Shown one piece after another: positions 51,351-63,220 of a stretch of 64,000 bases of DNA. Numbering within the stretch: the stretch's first letter is position 1; every line of letters begins with the position of its first letter. The notes below the pieces were generated by a model that was not told the DNA's origin, did not search any database, and saw only the letters and a list, made by a program, of their open reading frames with translations. Source of the DNA: Ginglymostoma cirratum (Eukaryota); the NCBI GenBank assembly GCA_024137785.1, contig JAHRHZ010000035.1:24451601-24515600 (forward strand), read 5' to 3'. A program made the translations under genes and the position numbers.

Positions 51351-54300
51351 ACATTGCACATAAACTGTCATGTCATGTTGTGTTTGCTGTATGAGTGCTG
51401 AAAGAGAGAACCCTTACTACAATTTGACACAGTCATCAATAAATCACAAGTACCCATATCTGGAAAGAACTTGAGAAGTGAGGTAATTGTTGGTGAAAGA
51501 GGTAAATTGCAGGTATCACTGCTTAGCATAACTTGTTTGCATTACAAAATTGACAAAATGAAATAATTACCTTTGTACTCAGTAATTATTGCTGTCGCTG
51601 GTGACACACTCTGTAATCACAAACCTAAATGCTGAAACGGGTTTGGGGATGGCAGAAGGGAATGGAGAAAACACCTCAATAGCGATTAATGCAAGAAGCA
51701 AACGGTGCTTCTATTTAACAATAATTGTGACAGCATAGATATTGTCACAAAAATGTATGTGAGCATGTGGCACAAAAGCACTCCATTACTTACAGATGAC
51801 ACATTCTGTGTTTTTGTGCAGGAAAATCTGATTCAACCAGATACTCCTCCTTAAATGGTGGTAAAATCATGCAGAATTTTTTGCCAGAACTTTTATGAGA
51901 TTGCATCAGAATCGTATATTATTTGTTGTCGGATTGTCAGTGATGGATGGATAGTCAACAAATGAATGTTCACTGCCAACAAATTTATCTGTTTTTTATA
52001 ATAGGTGCACAGCGATAATGTATCCTCGACATATGAATCAGAGATTTTTGAAACGCTTGCTTAATGGGATTAAAGTTTAATTTGATGCTGTATGGCATCT
52101 CATTGTCTTTCTATAGGGGACGGCTTGGCAGTATAATCTTCAGGTTTCATGTTCCCTTCATCAACCCTTGCAACATTTTTGATGAGCAGTTATGATTTTT
52201 TTTTAGTGAGCCATTAAGCAAACATTGAAAGGAGCTAAATGCAGGAACCACCATACGCAAGAAAATGAGAGTACCCCAAGGAAGATGCTTTCCCTTGTAA
52301 TGTGTCGCTATAAATCTCAAACCTCATTGTATCATCTTGGGTAGCATTTCACCTAATGCACTGTGCACTGTTTAAGATGGGAAAATGTATTTTCATCAAT
52401 GATTTTACTTTTGAGGTTTTGAAATTCAGGTGGCAGTGCCAGGGGTTTCTGCTCCAGAATTCAATAATTTATGGCACTGATTTCTGTGTTTCAGCGCAGA
52501 TTAGGAAAAATTGAAGCCATTATATGTGCTGTGCAGTTTAATGCTGTAAAGAGGGAAGGGAATACAAAAAGAATTATGGAATTCCCAAAGGTAGTAATAT
52601 TCTTTGCTTTATAAATGAAAAATTGTTTTAATTCCCTGCCAGAAGCAATAATTTGATTTTTCATAAATTCTTTCATCAAAATGTCATGAAACAAAAATTG
52701 ACACAAACTGCATCTTTCAGATAATGAACAGATACAAGGGAATAAACTACATAATTGAGACAAGGAACAAATAGACTCATAAAAGAAAACCTGACTGAAA
52801 TCCAAGATAGAAATAATAGTTGTAATATCTAAACTGTGAGAATATTTTTATTATTGACGTGCACTATTGTTTGTTCAGTTTCGAGAAGCATAAAGAAATA
52901 ATATTATTCTTTGCTCTTGTTTTAATGGTGTGAAAATTGTACAGCGGAGACTTTTTTTGTCATATATTATCACATAATGAAACGTGTAAGTACACAATTT
53001 AAAACATGAGCAGGTCAGTGGCATCTGTTTCATAGTCAAATTCAAACAAAGAGTTAATAAATCCCAGCTTATTGCTATGTCCAATTCAGAACAAGAGATA
53101 ATTCAGTAAACAAGCAACTTAGCTAAGTGAGTAGACTTTTATAACTATCATTTATTTATCGGACTTCTTGAAGCGCACTTAATGTGAACGGCAAATTGCA
53201 CGAACTGCACTGAAACCTATCTAATCATAATTAATTAGTTATAATAAAACAATTAAACTATGTTTGCACACAACAAAGGAAATGAAGGGCAGGACAAAGC
53301 TATACAGAGGTAAAGAGTGGGTTGTTAGGACAATGTAAAAGTAAACAGTGGAGTACTGATTTGCAGCAAAAAGGACAGGGTCAAATCCAAAGCAAGATAA
53401 GCACCCTATAGATAGTAAATCAGCTGTACATATTAAACAACAGATGTTTCTGACTCAAGCAGGAAGACACAATGGATCATATAACAGCAGTTATGTTTGT
53501 AAGGATTACTGAATCAGACTTCACTTCAGAGGAATATCCTACTATATAAAATCTTTATAGTCACTTCCTTTAACTAACACAGATCAGCCTTCTGATTTAG
53601 GCTTGAAACATCTGCCTACTCTTTAAAGGTTTATGGCCACGATCTGAAACTGTGCAGTGAAGCCTACATAGTGTTCACTCATAATAGGTGTCCTGTGCAA
53701 TATTATCGTCATCTCAGGTCTTAAACTGGCTTTATTACTGACAGGTTCTGAGATTTACTCCAGTCAGCAGTTAGATTAGGCGCAGTGCAAATACAAATCA
53801 TTTCACAGTAATGAATGCTGATATACTTTCCTGAAGAGTACAAAAACATTTTACTTAGTTGTGAATCCTTCTACATTCAGTCTCCAAATGACTTCATTTT
53901 TAATGGAATAATTAAACATAGCACAGCTTAAGACTATCATGAAATACAGACATTGTGTGAATTCTGAGATAATAAACAGGAGAATAATAGTTTTAACTGT
54001 AAATTAATCACAGAAAAGACTGGTGAGTGTGGATTCTATACCGTATAAAGAAAGTGGATTTTATCCCATACCGTGAAATGTCCCTCGTACCTTTTGCATT
54101 CATGAGGAACAAAATATTCCACAGTTGTTATTTTGTATATTTCAAATGGTTCTTTATTGGTTATATTCAAAAAAGAATTAAGTTGTGAGACTGCATTTCA
54201 TTTAAGAAAATGATAAAACGTTAAAAGATTTATCAAGTTGTACGTAGAAAGGAATAAACTGATTGGCTCTTAGTTTAATATTTAATGAATCATGTAAAAT

Positions 54301-55067
54301 GTCACTCTAAACATGGAAAGCACATAGAAACTTAAAAAGACTTGGGTTGAGCACTTCACTTTGCTGAAACTTATCTGCCTATTTATCATATTTGATTAAG
54401 TTAGATACGACTGAGATTGTGAAGAAACATCTTTTATTTGCCTTGCCTAAAAAAGACTGCAGAACTTTAATCTGCAGAATAACAGCAAGATTTAATGATG
54501 GATTGAGGAAAATGGGCCTTTTTTGCCAAGGTTAACCACTGTAGGTAAATGTGGATCAGTTTCTGTCTTAGAACTAAATTTTCAATCGTGTCAATGCCTG
54601 AATTAAAAAACTCACCCTCATTTCCACCCATTATTGCAAATATTGTTAATTGTTATAAAGGTGTGTTTTGGTCATCGGTCATCATGTTACAGCTAATCTG
54701 CTATCAAAGAAGAAAATTTAAATCATGTTGTACCAAACCCACTCAGCTTAAAAAATTACTTAACTTTCTACCACAAGAACACCCATATTTAGACAACAGC
54801 CTGAGACTTAATTAAACTGAGCAAAGAGGCTGATTTACAGCTTATTGTGAGTCGAGAGTCACAGGTGGTTCATTGACAATACAGGCAGCAGGCTTAAGAT
54901 TTCCGAATGTAATCCTTTAGGCTTTTCTGGACAAGGCTGTCTTAATAACATATATAATAAGTAAATGTGTAAGTGAAATATACCGATATATAAAAAAAAG
55001 CCTAGAAGACAGTCTGAAAGAGGGTCAGCAGCCAATTATTACAGAACCAAACTCCTTCAGAATCAAG

Positions 55068-55584
55068 GATAACCCAGCGTGGAGCTGGAGGAACACAGCC
55101 GGCCAGGCAATATCACAGGAACAGGAAAGCTGACGTCTCATGTCGGGACCCTTCTTCAGAAATGTGGAGCGAGAAGGGAGCTCAGAAATAAATGGAGGAG
55201 AGGTGGAGCTGGGGAAGGTAGATGGGATGGTGATAGGTGAGTGCAGTTTGGCAGTGTGGGGATTGGTCAGTGAGGTGGGGGGAGCGGATAGGTGGGAAAG
55301 AAGATGGACAGGTTGTGTCAGGTCAAGGAGGTTGGGATGAGAGGGAGGGTTGGTCATGGGATGAGGCTGGGGGTGGGGAGATTTCTATCACCATCCCACC
55401 TACCTTCCCTGGCCCCACCCCTCCTCTCTATTTATTTCTGAGTTCCCTTCCCTACCCCATTTCTGAAGAAGGGTCCCGACCCAAAACGTCAACTTTCCTG
55501 CTCCTCTGATGCTGCCTGGCCTGCTGTGTTGCTCCAGCTCCACACTGTGTTATCCCTAACTCCAGCATCGGCAGTTCTAACTAC
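55068..55584. mobile_element. Fold-back (inverted pLTR) Penelope insertion with 16-bp TSD
   Basis: Direct repeat CTCCTTCAGAATCAAG at 55052-55067 and 55585-55600; arms ~55068-55236 and ~55385-55554 are reverse complements; each arm has a mutated hammerhead core. Confidence 0.9.
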
Positions 55585-55679
55585 CTCCTTCAGAATCAAG
55601 TAATGGCAACTTGTGATAAACTGCTGGGTTAGTGGATTCAACTTGAAAAGCTGCTTCTTGGAGTTATTTTGGTTGAGAC

Positions 55680-55960
55680 ATTGAACTGGGGACTGTTTTG
55701 CAATCCCATGCCACCATTCAAGAAAGAGTAGGGAGCAATCCTGATGTGCTGACCAGATATTTACCCCTCAACCAACACCTCAGAACAGACGACTGGTCAT
55801 GTTATCTCACTGCTGTTTGTGAGTCCATGCTTTGTGTAAATTATCTGACACACCTCCTACATTACAGCATCGATGACACTTCATAACTACCCCACTGATT
55901 GTGAAGCACTTTAGGGTGTCTGTAAAGTTGAAAGGCAGTGTAAGTATTTGCTTCTTTCCT
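55680..55960 (+). mobile_element. Deu-domain-like SINE 3' portion
   Basis: ctgatgtgctgaccagatatttacccctcaaccaacacc...ctcactgctgtttgtg...gtgaagcactttaggg motifs. Confidence 0.65.
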
Positions 55961-55973
55961 TTCAAAACAGTAC

Positions 55974-56207
55974 TGAAATAACTCCGAGGAGACAGGTATC
56001 CTCTTATCAAGCCACCCCTTATTTACGTGTGCATAGTACATGGGCTCTGATAAGCCAGCTCTGAGCCGGTTCCTGGAATGAGGAGGCTTTCTGAATCACC
56101 TATTTATATCTGTCAGCCAGGGCTCCCTAATTGGCCCAGGTTAACAACCCCCAATCAAGGATCTCACTGTCAATAAGATCCACCTGACCCTCATTCCAAT
56201 CACTACT
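55974..56207 (-). mobile_element. Probable solo LTR (~234 bp)
   Basis: Begins TGAAAT and ends CACTACT (TG...CA with one change); flanks agtac / agtat resemble a 5-bp TSD; TATA-like and AATAA-like motifs on the minus strand. Confidence 0.55.
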
Positions 56208-56994
56208 AGTATCAATACACAATATCAAAATTTTCAACATGTGTGTGATTTTGAAACTGGCCAGCGATGGTCAATAGTCAGCCATACAGAAGAATTTGGA
56301 CAATTCTTGATATATAATGAGCCCACTTTTAACTTTTAATTTTGGTCGGTATTTCTTTATCAATATTTTCTTATACTGTTGCATCTGATGTGAAAGCTTC
56401 TGCACGTGACTGTTCCTGTGAGCTGCATGATGTTCTGGATGACTTTAAGTTATTTTATATGAATGTTAACAGTGGTATTAACTGTCATTATTGTATGTAG
56501 GATGGCAGCAATATCTGTAGACAGCATCACATCAGTGGGGTAGGCTGGGGGTACAGGTTTGACTGTCCTAATATTGCTAAGTTTCTGTTCTCCGATGTGA
56601 CTGCTGTGGGATCCTGTTCCCACGGTAGGATCAAAACTGAGAATCAGTGCTAGCATCTCAGCATATGCTTGAAGAGTGATGAAATCCTGCAAGCTAGTCA
56701 GTCCCCTTCTCTCCATCTGTACTGCAGCTGGCATGTGGCCCTGGTGACTTTGGTGAACATGGAAGGATTATACCCTGAAAAGAAATAACTCGACAATCAA
56801 CATTCTTCAATTCTCACTTAAATTGACGTGTAGCCAAAGTCACATCCTGTAAACTATAAGAAAGATGAATTAATCTAATTTAATCCATGAAGCTAACTTA
56901 ACCTTTTCACTTCGCACTGTTTCATTTTCTGAGAGTAATTGATCAATTAAATGTCTATGGACAATATGATCTTTATGTTTTGTATTGCACAGGT

Positions 56995-57420
56995 TTAGCT
57001 GTCACTGGTAGCACTCATATCTCTGAGTCTGATAGTCATGAGATCAAATCCCACTCCTGTTCTTGAATGCAAAAATCAAAATTGATACTGTGTTGCGGTG
57101 GGTTGGGAATGAAATCAGTGGTGTCATCTATTGTATGATACATTGGAGACCCCATCTGTTCTCTCAGGTGGAGGGAAAAAGTCCCATGGTACTATTTTGA
57201 AGAAGCACAGGAGAGATATGACCGATGAACTGGATCAAACTGTAATAATCAACATTATTAAACTAAATCATGTGGTCATTATCACAGGACTATTTATGGG
57301 AGCTTGCTGTTTGCAAATTAGTTACTATGCTTCCGACATCAGTGATTGCTTTTCGAAAGTACATCATTGGTTGTAAAACAAGTTGGAACAACTAGTCATT
57401 GTATAAAGTGTTATGTAACA
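56995..57420 (+). mobile_element. Deu-domain-like SINE, near full length, old
   Basis: Head gtagcactcatatctctgagtc...atcaaatcccactcc, core cccatctgttctctcaggtgg...gtcccatggtactattttgaagaag, L2-like tail. Confidence 0.7.
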
Positions 57421-57429
57421 ACCTAAGAA

Positions 57430-57620
57430 ATATATTATAGCAGGAGGAGATCATTCAGCCTTTGAACCCACTCAATGAGATCATGACTGATCTTCTATGT
57501 CAGCACCATTTTCTTGCATCATTGCCATATCCCTTGATGTTTTAATATGTAGAAGTCTATCGATCTCAATGTTGAACATTGAGCATTCACAATCCTCTTA
57601 GGCAGAGAATTCCAAGGATT
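57430..57620 (-). mobile_element. CR1 3' end fragment
   Basis: agcaggaggagatcattcagcctttga...gatcatgactgatc...ggcagagaattccaagg matches 34350-34600. Confidence 0.7.
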
Positions 57621-58446
57621 CATTACATACTATTACAAATGTTTCTTGCCTTAACATTTTTAACAACAAAAACATGTTCCTGATATCTGTGGATTATAAG
57701 AGTTGTTTTTAGAACCATGATAAAAGATGAGGACTAAGGAAAAAATTAGGAAAAATAGTTAGATTTAGCAGGGGAAAAGAAAATTAATCCTAGATGCTTT
57801 AAAACAATTTGCCACAATCAGTAGTCTGTGAAGAGAAAAAAATGATCAAAAAGTAAATGATTTAAATGTCTCATTAATGTAGGCATTGGTTAATATTTAG
57901 GATTTGCAAATTGCTTACCATTTAGTGGATTATTTTTATGTATAATTAATTACCTGTTATGTTATATTAGGAAATACAACCTGCAATTATTACAGAGCAC
58001 CATCCCATGATAAGAGCTGAGTGGAACAACCAACCCACTTGCTCAACAAGGTGTTGGGTTAGTGAGGAATGTTAACCAGGATAATTCTCCCACACGTTGA
58101 ATGGTGTTATCAGCTTTACAACTGTTCAGAATCACATCAAACAGAAAGCACTTCTCTAATGAAAGGGTTTCTCAACACTCTGCTGGAGTGTTACCCTAGA
58201 CAAAGTGTCAAGCCCCAGAACAGATCCTCAGCCACTAGTATCTGACACAAACTGACGTAGGATAATTTAAAGAAATCATACAAGGCACTCTTTTGGTGTG
58301 ACATCGCATACAAATCCTCATAACATTAAAATTCAAACTTCTGGATAAAAAAGGTTCCCTGAGCATCTATGCAACTAAGGTACAATTATTAATTCAAATC
58401 ATGTTAAGCATTGCAAAATGCCTTGCACAAATTGTCATGTCTTAGA

Positions 58447-58464
58447 CTTCCTTGTCTTTTCCAG
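58447..58464 (+). promoter_or_regulatory. Splice acceptor (polypyrimidine tract plus CAG)
   Basis: cttccttgtcttttcCAG immediately precedes the LIM-coding sequence. Confidence 0.92.
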
Positions 58465-58697
58465 ATTGTTTGCCACCAAATGCAATGGTTGCATGGAGAA
58501 GATAGCACCGACAGAATTTGTGATGCGAGCTTTAGAATGCGTTTACCATCTGAGCTGTTTTTGTTGCTGTGTTTGCGAAAGACAACTGAGGAAAGGTGAC
58601 GAGTATGTTTTGAAAGAGGGGCAGCTGCTTTGCAAAAGTGACTACGAGAAGGAAAAAGAACTGCTGAGCTCTGTTAGCCCTGATGATTCTGACTCAG
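58465..58697 (+). CDS. lmx1b: Internal coding exon (exon 3 equivalent, 233 bp) of LIM homeobox transcription factor 1-beta; LIM2 domain
   Basis: Encodes [77 protein letters not shown] with all eight LIM zinc ligands (C,C,H,C,C,C,C,D). [16 protein letters not shown] is the LMX1B-type sequence (LMX1A as I recall has FEAIAPNEFVMRAQKS). Bounded by CAG| and |GTAATG. Confidence 0.96.
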
Positions 58698-58703
58698 GTA
58701 ATG
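58698..58703 (+). promoter_or_regulatory. Splice donor GTAATG
   Basis: TCAG|GTAATG lies exactly where LMX1B similarity ends. Confidence 0.9.
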
Positions 58704-58766
58704 ATTACACATTCCAAATATTTCCCACAGCAAAAAATTCACCATCATCGCCAAAATTATTTCTGT

Positions 58767-59489
58767 TCATTTGTATAACTTTACTCCTTGCTGCTAAATG
58801 CTTGCAGATTCACAAAATGTATGATATCACTGCAAAAACAAAATCTGTTGTCCTCCTGTAAATAACTAAGTTGAACCTGAAGGCCCAGCCTTATCTGGGG
58901 TATTTATTGGAAAATACATCACGACTAGCGTGTGATGTCGTGTGATTGTCATGACAACACATGACAATGACCTGCAATGCCGTGCATATTTTAATGGTTG
59001 TGTTCACACCAAAGCTACCAATGAGCTGGAATGGGCCTTGGAGTCATAGAGTCATAGAACTGTACAGCACCGAAACAGACCCTTCAGTTCAACCCATCCA
59101 TTCTGACCAGTTATCCTAAATTAATCCAGTCCCGTTTACCATCATTTGGCTCATATCCTTCTAATCCCTTCCTATTCATGCACCCATCCAGATGCCTTTT
59201 AAATGTTGTAATTGTTCCAGCCTCCACCACTTCCTCTGGCAGCTCATTCCATGCACGCACCACCCTCTGTGCGAAGAAGTTGCCCCTTAAGTTGTTGTTT
59301 TACTCATTTTTATCACTTTACTCCTTGTTGTTAAATGGTTGCAGACTCACAAAATATATGATATCACTGCATAAACAAAATATGTTGTCCTCCTATAAAT
59401 AATTAAGTTGAATCTAAAGGCCCAGACTTGTCTAGGGTATTTATTGGAAAATACATCACGACTAGCGTGTGATGCCATGTGGTTGTCAT
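58767..59489 (+). repeat. 186-bp local direct duplication (58767-58952 and 59304-59489)
   Basis: Ungapped alignment by eye with about 19 mismatches (~90% identity). Confidence 0.92.
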
Positions 59490-59850
59490 TTGTTGTCATT
59501 CTCCTCTCACCTTACACCTATGCCCTCTAGTTTTAGACTCCCCCACCCTGGGGAAAAGACCTTGTCTATTCACCCTATCCATGCCCCTCATGATTTTATA
59601 AACCTCTATAAGGTCATCCTCAGCCTCTGACGCTCCAGGGAAAATAGCTCCAGCCAATTCAGCCTCTCCCTAGAGCTCGAATCCTCCAACCCTGGCAACA
59701 TCCTTATAAATCTTTTCTGAACCTTTTCAAGTTTAACAATATCTTTCCTATAGCAGGGAGACCAGAGTTGCACGCAATATTCCAAAAGTGGCCTAACCAA
59801 TGTCCTGTACAGCCGCAGCATGATCTCCCAACACCTATACTCAATGCACT
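59041..59850 (-). mobile_element. CR1 LINE 3' fragment, relatively young, interrupted at ~59292-59499
   Basis: ORF 59606-59821 (-) MLRLYRTLVRPLLEYCVQLWSPCYRKDIVKLEKVQKRFIRMLPGLE; tail repeat (gagtcata)2 at 59041. Confidence 0.92.
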
Positions 59851-60218
59851 TTGAAGAACAATTTCATCAGACGTTTTTAAGACATCTCGCATCACAGACA
59901 ATACTTGTCCTTGTTTTTGGGAATTTAGCACATCTAGAATCAGAGATTTGGACCAAACCATTGTCACTTTGTGCATGTGCCAGTTCTTTTAAAGATCTAT
60001 CCAATTAGCCCCAACCTCTGTTCCGTCTTCATAGCCCTTCCATTTTTAGTTTCTCTAGTATATACTGAATTTGGCTTTGGAATTTATTATTGTATCCATT
60101 CCAGCCTTTTAGGTAGTGCATTTCAGAACATAAAAACTTGTTATTTAAATTTAAGAAAAATCTTTCTCTGTGTTGTGGATGTCTCATAGTCAGTTTGTCA
60201 ATATAGTTTTAAAAGGCT

Positions 60219-60459
60219 TGTTCATGATCTCATCACTGTATCATAACATGTGACCTGAAGATACAACAGTCTCAGCCTCTATCTTACCCCAGGATCACTT
60301 GAAGCATGACACTCTGCGACAAGGACGATGGTCCCTGTAATCCAGTATCAGCCCAGTGTGTGCTTATGTGCTTGTGAATATAATGTTTGTAAATAATAGT
60401 TCGCTGTAATAAATGTCTGCTGGATTCTTCAATACTCACACCCAGTTTCTCACATTACA
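60219..60459 (+). mobile_element. Possible solo LTR inside an old CR1 remnant (~59990-60830)
   Basis: TGT...ACA ends with an internal AATAAA (~60408); no clear TSD. Confidence 0.3.
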
Positions 60460-61678
60460 GGGGATAATATAAGCATTGCCACACTAGGCAAACCACCCTG
60501 TTGTAGGCAAAATCACACTATTCCCTGATGGTCCTTTTGTAAATTGTTTCAAATCTGTCTTTTCTGGTTATCAAATCTTCAGCCAATGGAAACAGATTCT
60601 CCTTATTACCTTGATCAAAACTTCTCATAATTTGGAACTCCTTCATTAAATCGTAAGTGAGCTTTCCTTGCTTTAATGTGATGAATCCCAGCCCTGTCTG
60701 TGTTACTGCCTCAACCTTGGCACAATTCTAGTAGCTCGCCTCTAGGGGTATTCTATTTTAAGTTTTGACGTCCTTCCTAAAGAGTGGTGTCCAGAATTTT
60801 ATACATACTCTCACCGTGGCCTGGTGATTTACTGGCCAGTGTATCCCTGCCTTGGTTTCCTGTTGCCGAGATCTAATCTTCCTAGTCTTAGTGATCATAG
60901 CATCTGGCATCTTCTTGAGATCAGTGTGTGGATTAGAAATGATACCAAATGGCATCTGCAGAAATGAATGAAATGGTACAGGCTTTCTTCTGAATCTCTG
61001 GGTCCAAAGTTAACCCATCTTTTCTGTTCACAGCTACATGTTTTCAGTCAAATTTCTCCTTTTTATTTCAAAATGGGCCAGCATTCAGGAATTCCAAAAT
61101 ATTTACTACCCTACAATCCTTCCAATTGTTGTTAGCACCACTGATTATGAATAATTCAGATAATAAATTAGTATCTGGCATATGGTCAAAATTTGTTTCA
61201 TTTAATGTTGTTACTGTCTTATTCCAACTGGAGTTCAGTGAGATGTGTAACATTTTGAGTTAGTCATAGATAGAATTGCTCCATGTGTCAATAGCTAGGT
61301 TTATTTTGTTTAGCTTTTGTAAGAAACAGTGTGTCACTCAAGTAAATGCCCCCACTAAACAGGCACACCCATTATTCAATTTGCAGTATTGGCTACAGCT
61401 GTTCCTTATTTTGTTGCAGACAACTGTCAAAGAATTTGTCAAAGCATCTCCGTGTGCCTGTTTTTGTTTTCTGGAACATTCCTTCTTAACTCAAAGTGGA
61501 CTAGGGCAAATTCCATGTTTGATTAACAGCCCAGATGTAAATATGGCACCAAGGAACACCAATAGTTAACTAACCTTTATAACATTCAGCTGGAAGAGTA
61601 CAAAATGCTCACCATTTTTGAATTATCAAAAACAGATGATCAAAGAAAGACTCATATCAGCAGAGAGCGAGTGAATGT

Positions 61679-61693
61679 TGTGTGTGTGTGTGT
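61679..61693. repeat. Short (TG)n microsatellite
   Basis: tgtgtgtgtgtgtgt read directly. Confidence 0.8.
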
Positions 61694-62791
61694 CTGGGAT
61701 AGGGTTGTTTGGGAGGTCACTATTTACTGTAGAACTGTTTCTCTTCTTTTATTGTTTGCAAATGTTCATTCCAAATGCGATTTTAAAAAAAATACAAACC
61801 TGCAATGCCATTTGATGGTGCCAGACCTGCAGTTACTCTCCAAAGACTAGGAGTTATCATGTTTAGAAAGCCATTAAATTTAAATGGCATTTCAGGAAGC
61901 TAATAATGACATGGCTATTAAGGTGAGCGAGTCGGCGTTTGATCATTGCATAAAAATGTTGAATCAAAATAAATGAAGATCATGGTACGGAGCGTGTATG
62001 AGACAAAGTTAATAGTGAACAATATTAAAATAAATCTCTTTCCGGCTGGCTTACTTTTCCAAATTTTGCCAAAAAAACCCTGTTGATTCACTTTACATTT
62101 TATAGTTTTAGAATCATAATTTTTGAATTAAAAACCCTTCAACTGTAACTTCAAAATTTCAACTTCCAGCCATCTTACATTTTAAATGATGCTCCCTTCA
62201 CCAGAAGAAGCCATATTTTAAATGAATAAGCTATTTCTTAAAGAAAATGATTAAACAGTTACTCCAGTTTAATTACCCTTACAATGTATGATGAAAAATG
62301 TTCACCGATATTCTTCTCTACCAACTGTTAGTACAGAAAGCTAATGTAAACACCCCAGGTAAATGGATCCCAGTTGCTACATCAGGAAAAGTAAATGCAA
62401 GGACTCTTAAAAACAAGGTTGTAAGTTGTGGAGGTTGGAACTCATTGACCATGTGAAGTTCGAAGCTCAATATTTGACTGCACTGCTTCTTCAGGACAGC
62501 ATTTTGCTGTGAGTGAGAGCTTCCTCTGGGAGCAATACTACAACATTACTGCAATGTCAAACAAAACATGCAGACAACAGCAAGCATATCAGTGATGGGG
62601 AGTCTCCATTTGTGTGCAGTACATCTCTAAGCTTCCTTGTTGGCTCATAGTAGAACAGAGGAATGGTTCAAACTGAGATTTGGCACCGGATTTTTCCTGC
62701 AGGATTCTGAACACCACCATCAGGCTCAAATGAAGGTTATATGCCCACGCCATGCCACTCAAAGTGATCCTCTCCAAAGTGGCTCAATTTA

Positions 62792-63074
62792 GATGGCACA
62801 GTGGCTCAGTGGTTAGCACTGCTGCCTCACAGCACCAGGGACCCAGGTTTGATTCCACCCTTGGGTGACTGTCTGTGTGGAGTTTGCACATTCTCCCCAT
62901 GTCTGCGTCGGTTTCCTCCGGGTGCTCCAGTTTCCTCCCATAGTCCAAAGATGTGCAGGTTTGGCTAATTGGCCATGCTAAGCGAGGGGAGAGAGTGAAC
63001 CAGGTTTGGGCAGGATGCTCTTTGGAGGGTCGGTGCAGAGCTGGATGGCCCCTTTCTACACCATAAGGATTCTA
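62792..63074 (+). mobile_element. tRNA-derived SINE (HE1/V-SINE-like)
   Basis: ggcacagtggctcagtggttagcactgctgcctcacagcaccagggacccaggtttgattcc...tccaaagatgtgcagg...ggattcta. Confidence 0.9.
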
Positions 63075-63220
63075 GTGGACAAGTTCATTTTCCATTTAAG
63101 AATGGCAGGCATGCTGTCCATGCCTGAGGCTTCAGTGAATGTAATGGCAGATCCATGAGAGACATGGCACTCCAAATGGAGATACTATCTCTCCAATTTC
63201 TTTTTAAATCCTGGAATGTA

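Noticed and set aside
51725-51750. Inverted repeat ttgtgaca...tgtcacaa
   Set aside because: 8-bp arms only; within chance expectation.
58418-58861. 147-aa ORF as a standalone LIM-only gene
   Set aside because: Similarity is confined to the segment between canonical splice sites; the flanking residues are intron.
62795-62865. tRNA-like sequence (also at ~43970-44039 and ~63490-63556)
   Set aside because: SINE heads continuing into SINE bodies; no proper cloverleaf or Pol III terminator.
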